Made by a program: the position numbers and the translations under genes. Positions 10,382 through 18,200 of a DNA stretch of 64,000 nt are shown piece after piece. A model generated the notes under the pieces. The model ran no database searches. It was not told the origin of the DNA and worked only from the letters and a program-made list of their open reading frames with translations. The stretch comes from Candidatus Bathyarchaeota archaeon (GTDB taxonomy: Archaea > Thermoproteota > Bathyarchaeia > Bathyarchaeales > Bathycorpusculaceae): NCBI GenBank assembly GCA_963833575.1, contig CAWHXY010000004.1, forward strand, positions 1,056,001 through 1,120,000. Reading direction: 5' to 3'. Positions within the stretch are counted from its first letter, which is position 1. The number at the start of each line of letters is the position of its first letter.

Positions 10382-11098
10382 TTGAAAGTTGTTGTTCATT
10401 GGAGCGGTGGCAAAGAATGCTGCTTGGCTTATCATAAAGTCATTAAACAGGGGCATCAAGTTGCTTATTTGCTTAGTTTTGAATACATGCGACCCTATGT
10501 TTTTCATAGCTTCAAAGTAATGGAATTGCAATCTCAAACTTTAGGAACTCCTTTGAAGGTTGTGAGAATTAAGAAGGCATACGAGGATATACTGAAAGCT
10601 CTCACAACTTTGCACGATGAAGAAGGCATCGAGGGCATTGTAACTGGCGACATTGTTGGAGCAGGATGCGCCATTGTCCACTCAAGCTACTACGAGAGTA
10701 TGGCTAAACAGGTAGGCTTAGCATTTACAATGCCCAATGAAAACCCTTCAGGAGACACATACGACGTACTCAAAGAAGTCGTCAATACCGGCTTAAGACC
10801 AGTATTAAACTGCATTAACACCAACTTTTTCGAGGAAGAATGGTTAGGACGACCAATTGACAAAAATTCCATAAAAGAACTAAAAGAATTAACAGACGCA
10901 AAAGACATCGATGTTTCCAGCGAAGACGGGCAAGGCTATCACACCTCAGTTGTAGATGCACCACTTTTCAAACAATCCATCGTAATTGGGAAATTCAAGA
11001 AAGGGAAGAAAAAAGAAAAATCGAAGAACTGGAAAAGAAACTGGCTTTACATGGACATAAAAGAAGCTCAATTGCAACCCAAAGATGCGTCCAAGTAA
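10382..11098 (+). CDS. DUF71 / diphthine-ammonia ligase family PP-loop ATPase, divergent paralog 1
   Basis: HWSGGKEC PP-loop variant, TGDI, YHTSVVDAPLFK; TTG at 10382 after gagggg is preferred over 10352. Confidence 0.8.
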   Translation: MKVVVHWSGGKECCLAYHKVIKQGHQVAYLLSFEYMRPYVFHSFKVMELQSQTLGTPLKVVRIKKAYEDILKALTTLHDEEGIEGIVTGDIVGAGCAIVHSSYYESMAKQVGLAFTMPNENPSGDTYDVLKEVVNTGLRPVLNCINTNFFEEEWLGRPIDKNSIKELKELTDAKDIDVSSEDGQGYHTSVVDAPLFKQSIVIGKFKKGKKKEKSKNWKRNWLYMDIKEAQLQPKDASK

Positions 11099-11215
11099 TT
11101 TTCATTTTCAAGTTTGATAAAAAGAGCCTGTTCCATAAAATCTGTGTTTTTGCATAAAGTAAATGAACATGAACGCGCTTAGAAGGTACAAAACTCACTC
11201 GCCTAAGGGAAGAAC

Positions 11216-12628
11216 ATGAAAACTCACGTAACGCTTGTTAATCCGCCCTATCCTGCTGGTTCTCATCAACATCCGCCTTTCATGCCTTTAGGCATCGGCT
11301 ACATAGGTGCAATGTTGTACCAGAATAATTTTGAAGTTAACGTGATTGATTGCCAAGCACAAAAATTTACTCACCAACAGTTCAGAGATGAAATTGGAAA
11401 GGTTAAACCAGACATAGTTGGCGTTACCTGTACTACTCTCACCTACAAGTCTGCCCTGAAAATACTAAAAATATGCAAGGAGGTTTGGCCTACCTGTATA
11501 ACTGCAATTGGCGGTCCTCATGTTACCTTTTGGGATGACAAAGCGTTGCAGGAAGCGCCCTCTTTAGACGTTGTTGTCAGGGGTGAGGGCGAAAATACCA
11601 TGTTGGAACTTGCCCAAAGAATCGAACAAGGTCAACCTTTTCAGGATCTTATTGGAACTACCTGCAGGAAAGGTACTGAAATTGTGAAAAATGCTGATCG
11701 CCCTTTCTTAGAAAATCTTGATAGTTTGCCAACTCCAGCACTTCATCTTTGGAAACATATGGAGAATCTGCGAAAATATGGAACGATACCTTACCCAGTT
11801 ATGACTAGTCGAGGTTGCGTGTATTGGTGCAACTTCTGCACAGCGGTTAGGATGTTCGGCAGAAAATACCGAATGCGTACCCCCAAAAATGTGGTAGACG
11901 AATTAGAGTTTTTGCATAAAAACTACTATGCAAATCAGTTCACTTTTTATGATGATGCTTTCACCGTTGATCAGGACCGAACCGCCGAAATATGCAATGA
12001 GATTCAGCGCAGAGGGCTAAAAATTAAGTGGGATTGTGAAACCCGAGTTGACATGGTAAGTAAAGAGCTGCTTGTAAAAATGAGGGAAGCAGGCTGTATA
12101 GCTGTTTGGTTCGGTGTTGAATCAGGATCCAAAAAAGTTTTAACTAGCATGGGCAAAGGCTTCTCACTTACCCAAACCAGAAGAGCATTCAAATGGGCAA
12201 AAGAAGCAGGGTTAATGACGGTTGCCGGCGTAATTTTGGGTTTTCCAGGTGAAACCAAAGAGAGCGCTTGGGAAACAATTCGGTTTGTAAAAGAACTCAA
12301 CCCCAACGATGTAGGATTCTACATAGCCACACCTTACCCTGGAACACCAATGTATGAAGAAGTCAAAACCAACGGCTCACTAAAAATAACTGATTTTGAC
12401 AGATATGATACCGCTACGCCGACCTTTGAGATTCCAAACATGACTATGAAAGAATTGTCTCAGATTCGGGAACAGGCATTCCAAAGCTTCTACCTCAGTC
12501 CAGCTTACTTTGTTAGTGCATTGGGTATGTTTAAGAAAGGAAAAATGTGGGGTTTGGGCGCGACTCGTTTAATTTTGGCACATGCTCGAAGGGCAATTAG
12601 ATCAAAAGCAAGTAATTTGATGAAGTAG
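11216..12628 (+). CDS. B12-binding radical SAM enzyme, paralog type A
   Basis: SRGCVYWCNFC; close paralog of 1743-3128 (shared HVTLVNP, TFWDDKAL, GFPGETKESAW). Confidence 0.9.
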   Translation: MKTHVTLVNPPYPAGSHQHPPFMPLGIGYIGAMLYQNNFEVNVIDCQAQKFTHQQFRDEIGKVKPDIVGVTCTTLTYKSALKILKICKEVWPTCITAIGGPHVTFWDDKALQEAPSLDVVVRGEGENTMLELAQRIEQGQPFQDLIGTTCRKGTEIVKNADRPFLENLDSLPTPALHLWKHMENLRKYGTIPYPVMTSRGCVYWCNFCTAVRMFGRKYRMRTPKNVVDELEFLHKNYYANQFTFYDDAFTVDQDRTAEICNEIQRRGLKIKWDCETRVDMVSKELLVKMREAGCIAVWFGVESGSKKVLTSMGKGFSLTQTRRAFKWAKEAGLMTVAGVILGFPGETKESAWETIRFVKELNPNDVGFYIATPYPGTPMYEEVKTNGSLKITDFDRYDTATPTFEIPNMTMKELSQIREQAFQSFYLSPAYFVSALGMFKKGKMWGLGATRLILAHARRAIRSKASNLMK

Positions 12629-12657
12629 AAAAAATCTGGGATGGAGAAAGCTCAACG

Positions 12658-14028
12658 TTGATTTTGTTGATAACCGCTGCTCCACCTTTGAAGTCTCCAT
12701 GGGGAATGGCTGGGAAGCTTCCTCCACTTGGCTTAGCTTATGTTGCCGCAGCTTTACAAAAAAATGGCTACGAAGTTGAAATTTTTGACAACTACCTGCT
12801 CCAAAGACCCATAGAAGAAGTTAAATCAGAATTGAAAAAGCGTGCGCCAGAAATAGTTGGCATAACTTGCAATTCGTTGAATTATTCGCGTTCTATAGAA
12901 ATGGCAAAGGCGGTCAAAGAAGTTCTTCCATCCTGCAAAGTTGTAGTGGGTGGTCCGCATCCGTCGTACATGCCTCAAACAATGTTACATCATGAAGAGG
13001 TAGATTACGTGGTTATTGGCGAGGGTGAGCAGGCTATGGTGAGTCTTGCCGCTGCCATCATGAACCATCAGCCAGACAAATTAGTTGCCAAGATTCCAGG
13101 CTTAGCTTGCCGAATCGGTGGCGAGATGGTGGAGACTTCTCCTGAATTTATCAGCGATTTAGATACAGTTCCGTTTCCAGCACGTCATTTGCTTCCGATG
13201 CGGATGTATGACCGTGCTTTACCCTATTTGAGCGTGAAACCTGTTGATACCATGAGTATACATCGTGGCTGCCCCTACAGTTGCGCGTATTGTGAAACCA
13301 GAGAGTTATGGGGAACCACCTGTCGTACTTTTTCACCGCAAAGAGTCGTTGACGAACTCAAGCACATGGTTGAAAACTACGATTCAAAGGGCATTTATTT
13401 TGTCGGCGACAACTTTACCATAAACAAAAACCGTACAGCTGACCTTTGTCGTTTAATGAAAGATAACAAAATAGACCTCCGATGGACATGCGAAACCAGA
13501 GCTGACCTTATCTCAAAAGAGTTGCTTGTAACCATGAAATCGGCCGGATGCGAGACCATATTTTTTGGTGTAGAATCAGGTTCGCTTCGCATACAGAAAA
13601 AGCTTAACAAAAACATTGATCTGCAAGAGGTCAAACGTACCTTTGAGCTTTGCAAAGAAGTGGGCATACAAACGGCAACTTCTTTTATGCTGGGCATCCC
13701 CGGCGAAACAGTTGAAGACATGAATACCACCTTCAACTATGCAAAGACTCTGCATGCAGACTGGTGCATGTTCAACATTTACATCGCTTGCCCAGGCAGC
13801 AAACTGTACGATGAAGTCATAAGCCAATGCTTGTATGACCAGATGGACAATTATTTGGCACGAGTCAAAACAAAAGATTTCGATTATGACATGCTTGTGA
13901 AGATCCAGCGAGATTTTCAGCGCGGGAGCCAGAAGTCGGCGGCTTCTAAGCTGATTCGGGTAATTAAGAAGGAAGGCTTAGGCAGCGCAGTCAAAAAAGG
14001 TAGCTCAATTATCTTTCGTCGGAAATAA
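12658..14028 (+). CDS. B12-binding radical SAM enzyme, paralog type B
   Basis: HRGCPYSCAYC; close paralog of 8507-9883 (shared DNYL, CRTFSPQRVVDE, DWCxFN). Confidence 0.9.
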   Translation: MILLITAAPPLKSPWGMAGKLPPLGLAYVAAALQKNGYEVEIFDNYLLQRPIEEVKSELKKRAPEIVGITCNSLNYSRSIEMAKAVKEVLPSCKVVVGGPHPSYMPQTMLHHEEVDYVVIGEGEQAMVSLAAAIMNHQPDKLVAKIPGLACRIGGEMVETSPEFISDLDTVPFPARHLLPMRMYDRALPYLSVKPVDTMSIHRGCPYSCAYCETRELWGTTCRTFSPQRVVDELKHMVENYDSKGIYFVGDNFTINKNRTADLCRLMKDNKIDLRWTCETRADLISKELLVTMKSAGCETIFFGVESGSLRIQKKLNKNIDLQEVKRTFELCKEVGIQTATSFMLGIPGETVEDMNTTFNYAKTLHADWCMFNIYIACPGSKLYDEVISQCLYDQMDNYLARVKTKDFDYDMLVKIQRDFQRGSQKSAASKLIRVIKKEGLGSAVKKGSSIIFRRK

Positions 14029-14205
14029 GCTGAAATTATGGTCTTTTATTGTTTTTCACGTTTGGGGCTTGCGTTGGTTTTAAGGTTGTCTTGTCGACTT
14101 TAAGAAAGAAATCAATTGTTATCAACAACTTTATCCTCAACAACGGCGTTAACTCTCGACTATGATTGAATTCTCTCAGAAAATTAGTCCATGGGTGTTT
14201 CAACA

Positions 14206-14367
14206 TCAAATAACAACCAATTCGCTGAAAGAAGAACAACAACAGTTGGTGGGTGCACCGGGTGTTGTTCTTCTTTTGAAAGAAGTAGAACATTCGCAGG
14301 GAGCACTGTGTCCTACTTCTTCTCTTGATTTGTTGAAAGAAGAAGAAGAAACTTTGTAGGGGCTCAC
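14206..14367 (-). CDS. Putative 53-aa Ser/Thr/Cys-rich peptide with three repeated cores (candidate precursor peptide)
   Basis: GTG 14367 to TGA 14206 gives MSPYKVSSSSFNKSREEVGHSAPCECSTSFKRRTTPGAPTNCCCSSFSELVVI; many differences from copy 1 fall at third codon positions, but copy 1 is frameshifted. Confidence 0.3.
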   Translation of the reverse strand: MSPYKVSSSSFNKSREEVGHSAPCECSTSFKRRTTPGAPTNCCCSSFSELVVI

Positions 14368-14379
14368 TTCTTCTTCTAC
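14228..14379. ncRNA. Copy 2 of the duplicated element: three tandem hairpins with homologous loops (candidate structured RNA)
   Basis: Stems 14228-14241/14263-14276 (14/14), 14280-14292/14309-14321 (12/13) and 14338-14348/14367-14377 (11/11); loops share GGGNGC(A/T)C; TATA-like ttttaaaa near 14429-14436 on the - strand. Confidence 0.5.
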
Positions 14380-14484
14380 CTGAATGTTGTGGAATTAGGG
14401 TTCAACTTAGGACTGAATTGGTTTTGGCTTTTAAAATAGTTGTTTTTTACAATTAAGTAAGCCAAAATCTAAGCCTATTAGTTT

Positions 14485-14790
14485 CTATATTTGTATGTTA
14501 ATTGTTTTGAGAATATCCTTGTAAGCTTTCACAGGAGTTTCCTTGTCAGTTACATTTTTTATCAGCATTCGCCCGCCGTCAAACAAGCTGACATCCAACT
14601 TCATGTAATCAAACATCAAAACCATCTGCGACTTCACTCGAATCTTAAAGTGCTGCTTCTTAATCTTGTCACATGCATCGTTCATGTTGAACTTCAACGG
14701 TTGCGCTGGAGATATGTCTGCAGTTTTTCCTCCACAGAGCCAAACAACGTTTAGGTTACCTATAGCTTCTTTTTCTACCAACTGCTTCAA
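14485..14790 (-). CDS. Small protein resembling the C-terminal domain of ThiF/MoeB-family adenylyltransferases
   Basis: VWLCGGKTADI...VLMFDY...VSLFDGGRMLIKNV pattern resembles the LCGxxxVQI...LFxDGRxxIxG C-terminal domain; no nucleotide-binding domain. Confidence 0.5.
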   Translation of the reverse strand: MKQLVEKEAIGNLNVVWLCGGKTADISPAQPLKFNMNDACDKIKKQHFKIRVKSQMVLMFDYMKLDVSLFDGGRMLIKNVTDKETPVKAYKDILKTINIQI

Positions 14791-14886
14791 CTCCAGCCTT
14801 GCTCATTTTAGGAGTTTACTTGGTTTATCAATATTCCCATAAAAACCCCAACCTCGACTAAAATTGGCAAGAGAAATCTAAGTCGG

Positions 14887-15630
14887 TTAAGCAGGACTGG
14901 AACCTTTTGGCTTAAGCCCTGCTTCTTCAACATCCATGTAGAGGAAATTTCCTTCTCGGTAAGGTGAACCGCCGAAATCGACAACTTTGCTTCTTTTGGT
15001 GTACTTGGTGATTTCGATGCGTTGCTTGAACAACGGAGCATCGAGCGAGGTGGAATGGTATTCTCCTGGTTCTCCTGAAACGTCTATTCCTTTGCCTGCT
15101 GGGCCAACTAGGGGCTGCATGTCTTCGATGCATTTTCTATCTATTTCTCTACCCAGCCACTCCTCGGTGAAGTACCTTTGGTCGATGCAGCTTAGGATTG
15201 CTTTAACGCCTGTTGCCTGTTCCATTTCCATGATCCGTTTGCGACGACGATTGCCCGGTATGAGATTAAGAGGTCTATCCCAAAGAGGCATCATAAGCTC
15301 GACGCCTAATTTCTTGCACGCGTCCCGCCATACTCGCCTATGATGTACATTGTCGATATCACCTGTTGCGATGGCTTGAGCACCCTCCTCTTTATGCAAC
15401 CGTTCCAAGGTTCCCATTATATCGTCATAGCGGTTATCCGTAATTTTCACAAACTGGTGGGGCATGCCAAGAGCTTTGACTTGTTGTTCTATAACTTTGA
15501 AACTGTGAAACACATAAGGTTCCATGTAAATGTAAGTGACTAAAGAGGCTACTTCGTGACCCTGCTCAACAACTTTGTGAAGTGCGGTACAGCAATCTTT
15601 TCCTCCGCTCCAATGAACAATGACTTTCAT
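14887..15630 (-). CDS. DUF71 / diphthine-ammonia ligase family PP-loop ATPase, paralog 2
   Basis: HWSGGKDC, TGDI, PLW, GEPGEYHS, DAPLFK. Confidence 0.85.
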   Translation of the reverse strand: MKVIVHWSGGKDCCTALHKVVEQGHEVASLVTYIYMEPYVFHSFKVIEQQVKALGMPHQFVKITDNRYDDIMGTLERLHKEEGAQAIATGDIDNVHHRRVWRDACKKLGVELMMPLWDRPLNLIPGNRRRKRIMEMEQATGVKAILSCIDQRYFTEEWLGREIDRKCIEDMQPLVGPAGKGIDVSGEPGEYHSTSLDAPLFKQRIEITKYTKRSKVVDFGGSPYREGNFLYMDVEEAGLKPKGSSPA

Positions 15631-15699
15631 TCCAAATCAAACATCCTTGAGGTAATTTTGTGTTTCAGTGAATGTGTTGCTTAAGACGATTAGTTGCAA

Positions 15700-15718
15700 G
15701 TTTATAGCTTTAACGGAA
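15700..15718 (-). promoter_or_regulatory. Promoter-like element (TTCCGTTAAAGCTATAAAC on - strand) shared with 9971-9989
   Basis: 18/19 identical to 9971-9989; 70 nt upstream of the 15630 start. Confidence 0.55.
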
Positions 15719-15764
15719 CCCAGCTCCGTCAAGCATTTAATGCTTTTTTTACTGTTTATTTTTG

Positions 15765-16874
15765 TCATTTAAGTATTTGTTTTATTGTTTCTATGAGTTT
15801 TTGGTTGTCTTTGGTTGATCTTATTGTAACTCTGAAGTATTTGTCGTCTAAGCCCATGAAGGTGCAGCAGTCCCGAATTAGAATTTTCTCTTTCGTTAAA
15901 GCTTCTTTAAGTTTGGTTGAGTTAATTTTTCCGTTCGTTATTTTTACAAGCAGAAAGTTCGTTACCGAAGGGTAAACATGTAAGCCTCCAATTTCTTCCA
16001 AGCCTTTAGCAAGCTGGGCTTTTTCTTTGGCGATTGTGGTTTTTGTGTTTTGTATGAATTCCGTGTCATTAAATGCTGCAAGCGTTGCGAAAGCGGCTAA
16101 CCCATTGATGCTCCATGGAAGTCTAACGTTTTCGAGTTTGTCGACGAGTTTATTTGTAGATATTCCATAGCCAAAGCGGATGCCTGCCATACCATAAAAT
16201 TTCGTAACTGAACGAATCACAAAGAGATTTTCATACTCTTTAACCAAGCCAGCGACAGTGTTGTCTTCCCCTTTTTCTGCAAACTCAATATAGTTTTCGT
16301 CAATGCTCAAGACGATGTCTTTTTTTTGGCTGAATTGTAAAAGGTCCAGAATGGATTTTTTGCTGTAGAGAGTTCCTGAAGGGCTGTGTGGGTTGCATAT
16401 GCAAATTATTTTTGTTTCCTTAGTCACTGCCTTTTTAATCCGTTCTATGTCAAGAGCAAAATCTTCCGGGAGCTGGACAAAAATTACTTTGCCGCCAACT
16501 CGCAAAGCTGCCTTCTCGTACTCGGAGAAAGAGGGCACAGGAATTACCGCGTTAAATGTGCTTGGTAAAATCTCGGTTATTGCGTAGATAAGTTCGATTG
16601 AGCCATTGCCTAAAATTATGTTTTCCTCTTCGACCCCGTGTCCTACGTACTGGGCGATTTTTTCTTTGAACTCCACGGGGTTTGGATCAGGATAAAACTT
16701 TATGAACTTGGCACATTGCTTTACGGCTTCTACTGCTTTAGGTGAAGGTCCAAGAAAATTGATTGGGCCGCTGAACTCGAGTACATCTTCAAGTGGAACA
16801 TTATTTTTTCTGCTAAAACCCCAGATGTCCCCTCCATGGCTGACAAACCTGCGTTCTTTACATTTGTCCGACAG
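15765..16874 (-). CDS. cobD: Threonine-phosphate decarboxylase CobD (HisC-like PLP enzyme), probable CTG start
   Basis: Frame is open 66 codons upstream of the track start (16676) to CTG 16874, adding the HGG...EFSGPINFLGP...YPDP N-terminus; PLP lysine motif RSVTKFYGMAGIRFGY; LIRDC. Confidence 0.8.
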   Translation of the reverse strand: MSDKCKERRFVSHGGDIWGFSRKNNVPLEDVLEFSGPINFLGPSPKAVEAVKQCAKFIKFYPDPNPVEFKEKIAQYVGHGVEEENIILGNGSIELIYAITEILPSTFNAVIPVPSFSEYEKAALRVGGKVIFVQLPEDFALDIERIKKAVTKETKIICICNPHSPSGTLYSKKSILDLLQFSQKKDIVLSIDENYIEFAEKGEDNTVAGLVKEYENLFVIRSVTKFYGMAGIRFGYGISTNKLVDKLENVRLPWSINGLAAFATLAAFNDTEFIQNTKTTIAKEKAQLAKGLEEIGGLHVYPSVTNFLLVKITNGKINSTKLKEALTKEKILIRDCCTFMGLDDKYFRVTIRSTKDNQKLIETIKQILK

Positions 16875-17424
16875 CTTTCTCTTCCTCCGTTATTTTTTTT
16901 ATTTCTTTTTCCACTTGCAGCTCTGCCTTATAGTGAGCGTTGTACAAGTTGACAACCTTGTACAGCCAGTAAATTACTCCAACGCCCAACGTAACAATCG
17001 TAATCAAAACATAGGTTTTTATGAGTATCGTCTGCGGCATAAAAATTCTTTGTGGAAGAGCAGCTGCAAGAAATGCATCTTGATTCCGTTCATGAACCAA
17101 TAAATCCCTAGATAACAAATATACAATGATAAAAACAGGTATTCCCAAAATAATACTGGCAGCCCACATCTTAGAATTCCTCTCTGTAAAATGCTCCGCT
17201 CTTGAAGGTAATTGTTTGCCTTTTCTTTGTAAATAATCAGAAATCTGTTTCTCCATTTCCATGTCATGTTGAAGATGCTTGTTTCTACCCTCAACTAGAC
17301 GGTAAAACATAGGAAAAAAAGCTACGCCGAAAGTGACAACAGCTCCAAGAAACCACATGGAAAACCACACTTTTTTGTCAGCGTAAACTTTACTCTGCAT
17401 ATTTGTTTCCATCTTAGGCATCAA
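16858..17424 (-). CDS. Membrane protein with repeated TM motifs (DUF4234-like)
   Basis: Hydrophobic helices, VTFG / ITIVTLGVGVIYWLYK, NKH/NAH motifs. Confidence 0.55.
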   Translation of the reverse strand: MMPKMETNMQSKVYADKKVWFSMWFLGAVVTFGVAFFPMFYRLVEGRNKHLQHDMEMEKQISDYLQRKGKQLPSRAEHFTERNSKMWAASIILGIPVFIIVYLLSRDLLVHERNQDAFLAAALPQRIFMPQTILIKTYVLITIVTLGVGVIYWLYKVVNLYNAHYKAELQVEKEIKKITEEEKAVGQM

Positions 17425-17479
17425 ACTATCTGATTAACTGCTTACAAGGTTGCAGTGCCAAACTTTATAAGGTCTTCCA

Positions 17480-18196
17480 TTGGCATCTAAAAGTAAAATG
17501 AGCTGGAAGAATATGCTGCTTTCGATAATAATTCCCGTTTACAACGAGGAATTAACGATAGGCAACATCATTGATCGTACAAAAAAAGTTATGCAGCAAA
17601 TAGGCTTAGAGAATGAAATAATTGTTGTTGATGACCACTCCTATGACAAGTCGCTTGAATTGGCGATGCATCGCGGTGTAAAAGTATACACTCTAAAACA
17701 GCATCTAGGCAAAGGCTACGGGTTAAGGGCTGGGTTTGCAAAAGCAAAAGGTGACATAATAGTTACTATAGACTCTGATGGCTCTCACCGCCCTGAAGAA
17801 CTACCTGAAGTGCTAGCTCTTGTTTTGGAAGATAAAGCCGATCTAGTAATCGGGTCAAGGTACATGAACCACAAAAGAGTTGCTGCAAGAAAACTCAACG
17901 CTTTTGGAGTAAAACTCTTCAACTATTTTATTCAATTTTTGACAGGCGTAGCAATAACTGATTCTCAATCAGGCTACCGTGCCATGAAACGTCAAGTCCT
18001 GAAGACTCAAAAGCCAAAGTCAGGCGGATACGAAATAGAATCTGAAATGCTTGTGAAAACAGCTAAACACGGATTTCGAGTGACTGAAGTGCCGATAAGT
18101 TTTGAACAGCGGACCTATGGCAGATCTGGTGTAGATCCACTAATTGATGGGTTCAAAATTTTAATATCAATACTTTCAGCATACATGAGGGCTTAA
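17480..18196 (+). CDS. GT2 glycosyltransferase (dolichol-phosphate mannose synthase-like)
   Basis: IIIPVYNEE, VVDDHSYD, IDSDGSH, DSQSGYRA. Confidence 0.9.
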   Translation: MASKSKMSWKNMLLSIIIPVYNEELTIGNIIDRTKKVMQQIGLENEIIVVDDHSYDKSLELAMHRGVKVYTLKQHLGKGYGLRAGFAKAKGDIIVTIDSDGSHRPEELPEVLALVLEDKADLVIGSRYMNHKRVAARKLNAFGVKLFNYFIQFLTGVAITDSQSGYRAMKRQVLKTQKPKSGGYEIESEMLVKTAKHGFRVTEVPISFEQRTYGRSGVDPLIDGFKILISILSAYMRA

Positions 18197-18200
18197 ACAA

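Noticed and set aside
14036-14359. Track ORFs 14162-14359 (+) and 14036-14293 (-)
   Set aside because: Both are alternative frames over the hairpin element, are not preserved in copy 1 and have no recognisable motifs
14225-14379. CRISPR mini-array (recurring TGAAAG every ~51-57 nt)
   Set aside because: Units are not identical repeats, the intervening sequences are homologous to each other and close long hairpins, and no cas genes are in the window
15765-16676. cobD as a truncated pseudogene
   Set aside because: The frame continues uninterrupted to CTG 16874 and restores the full N-terminus
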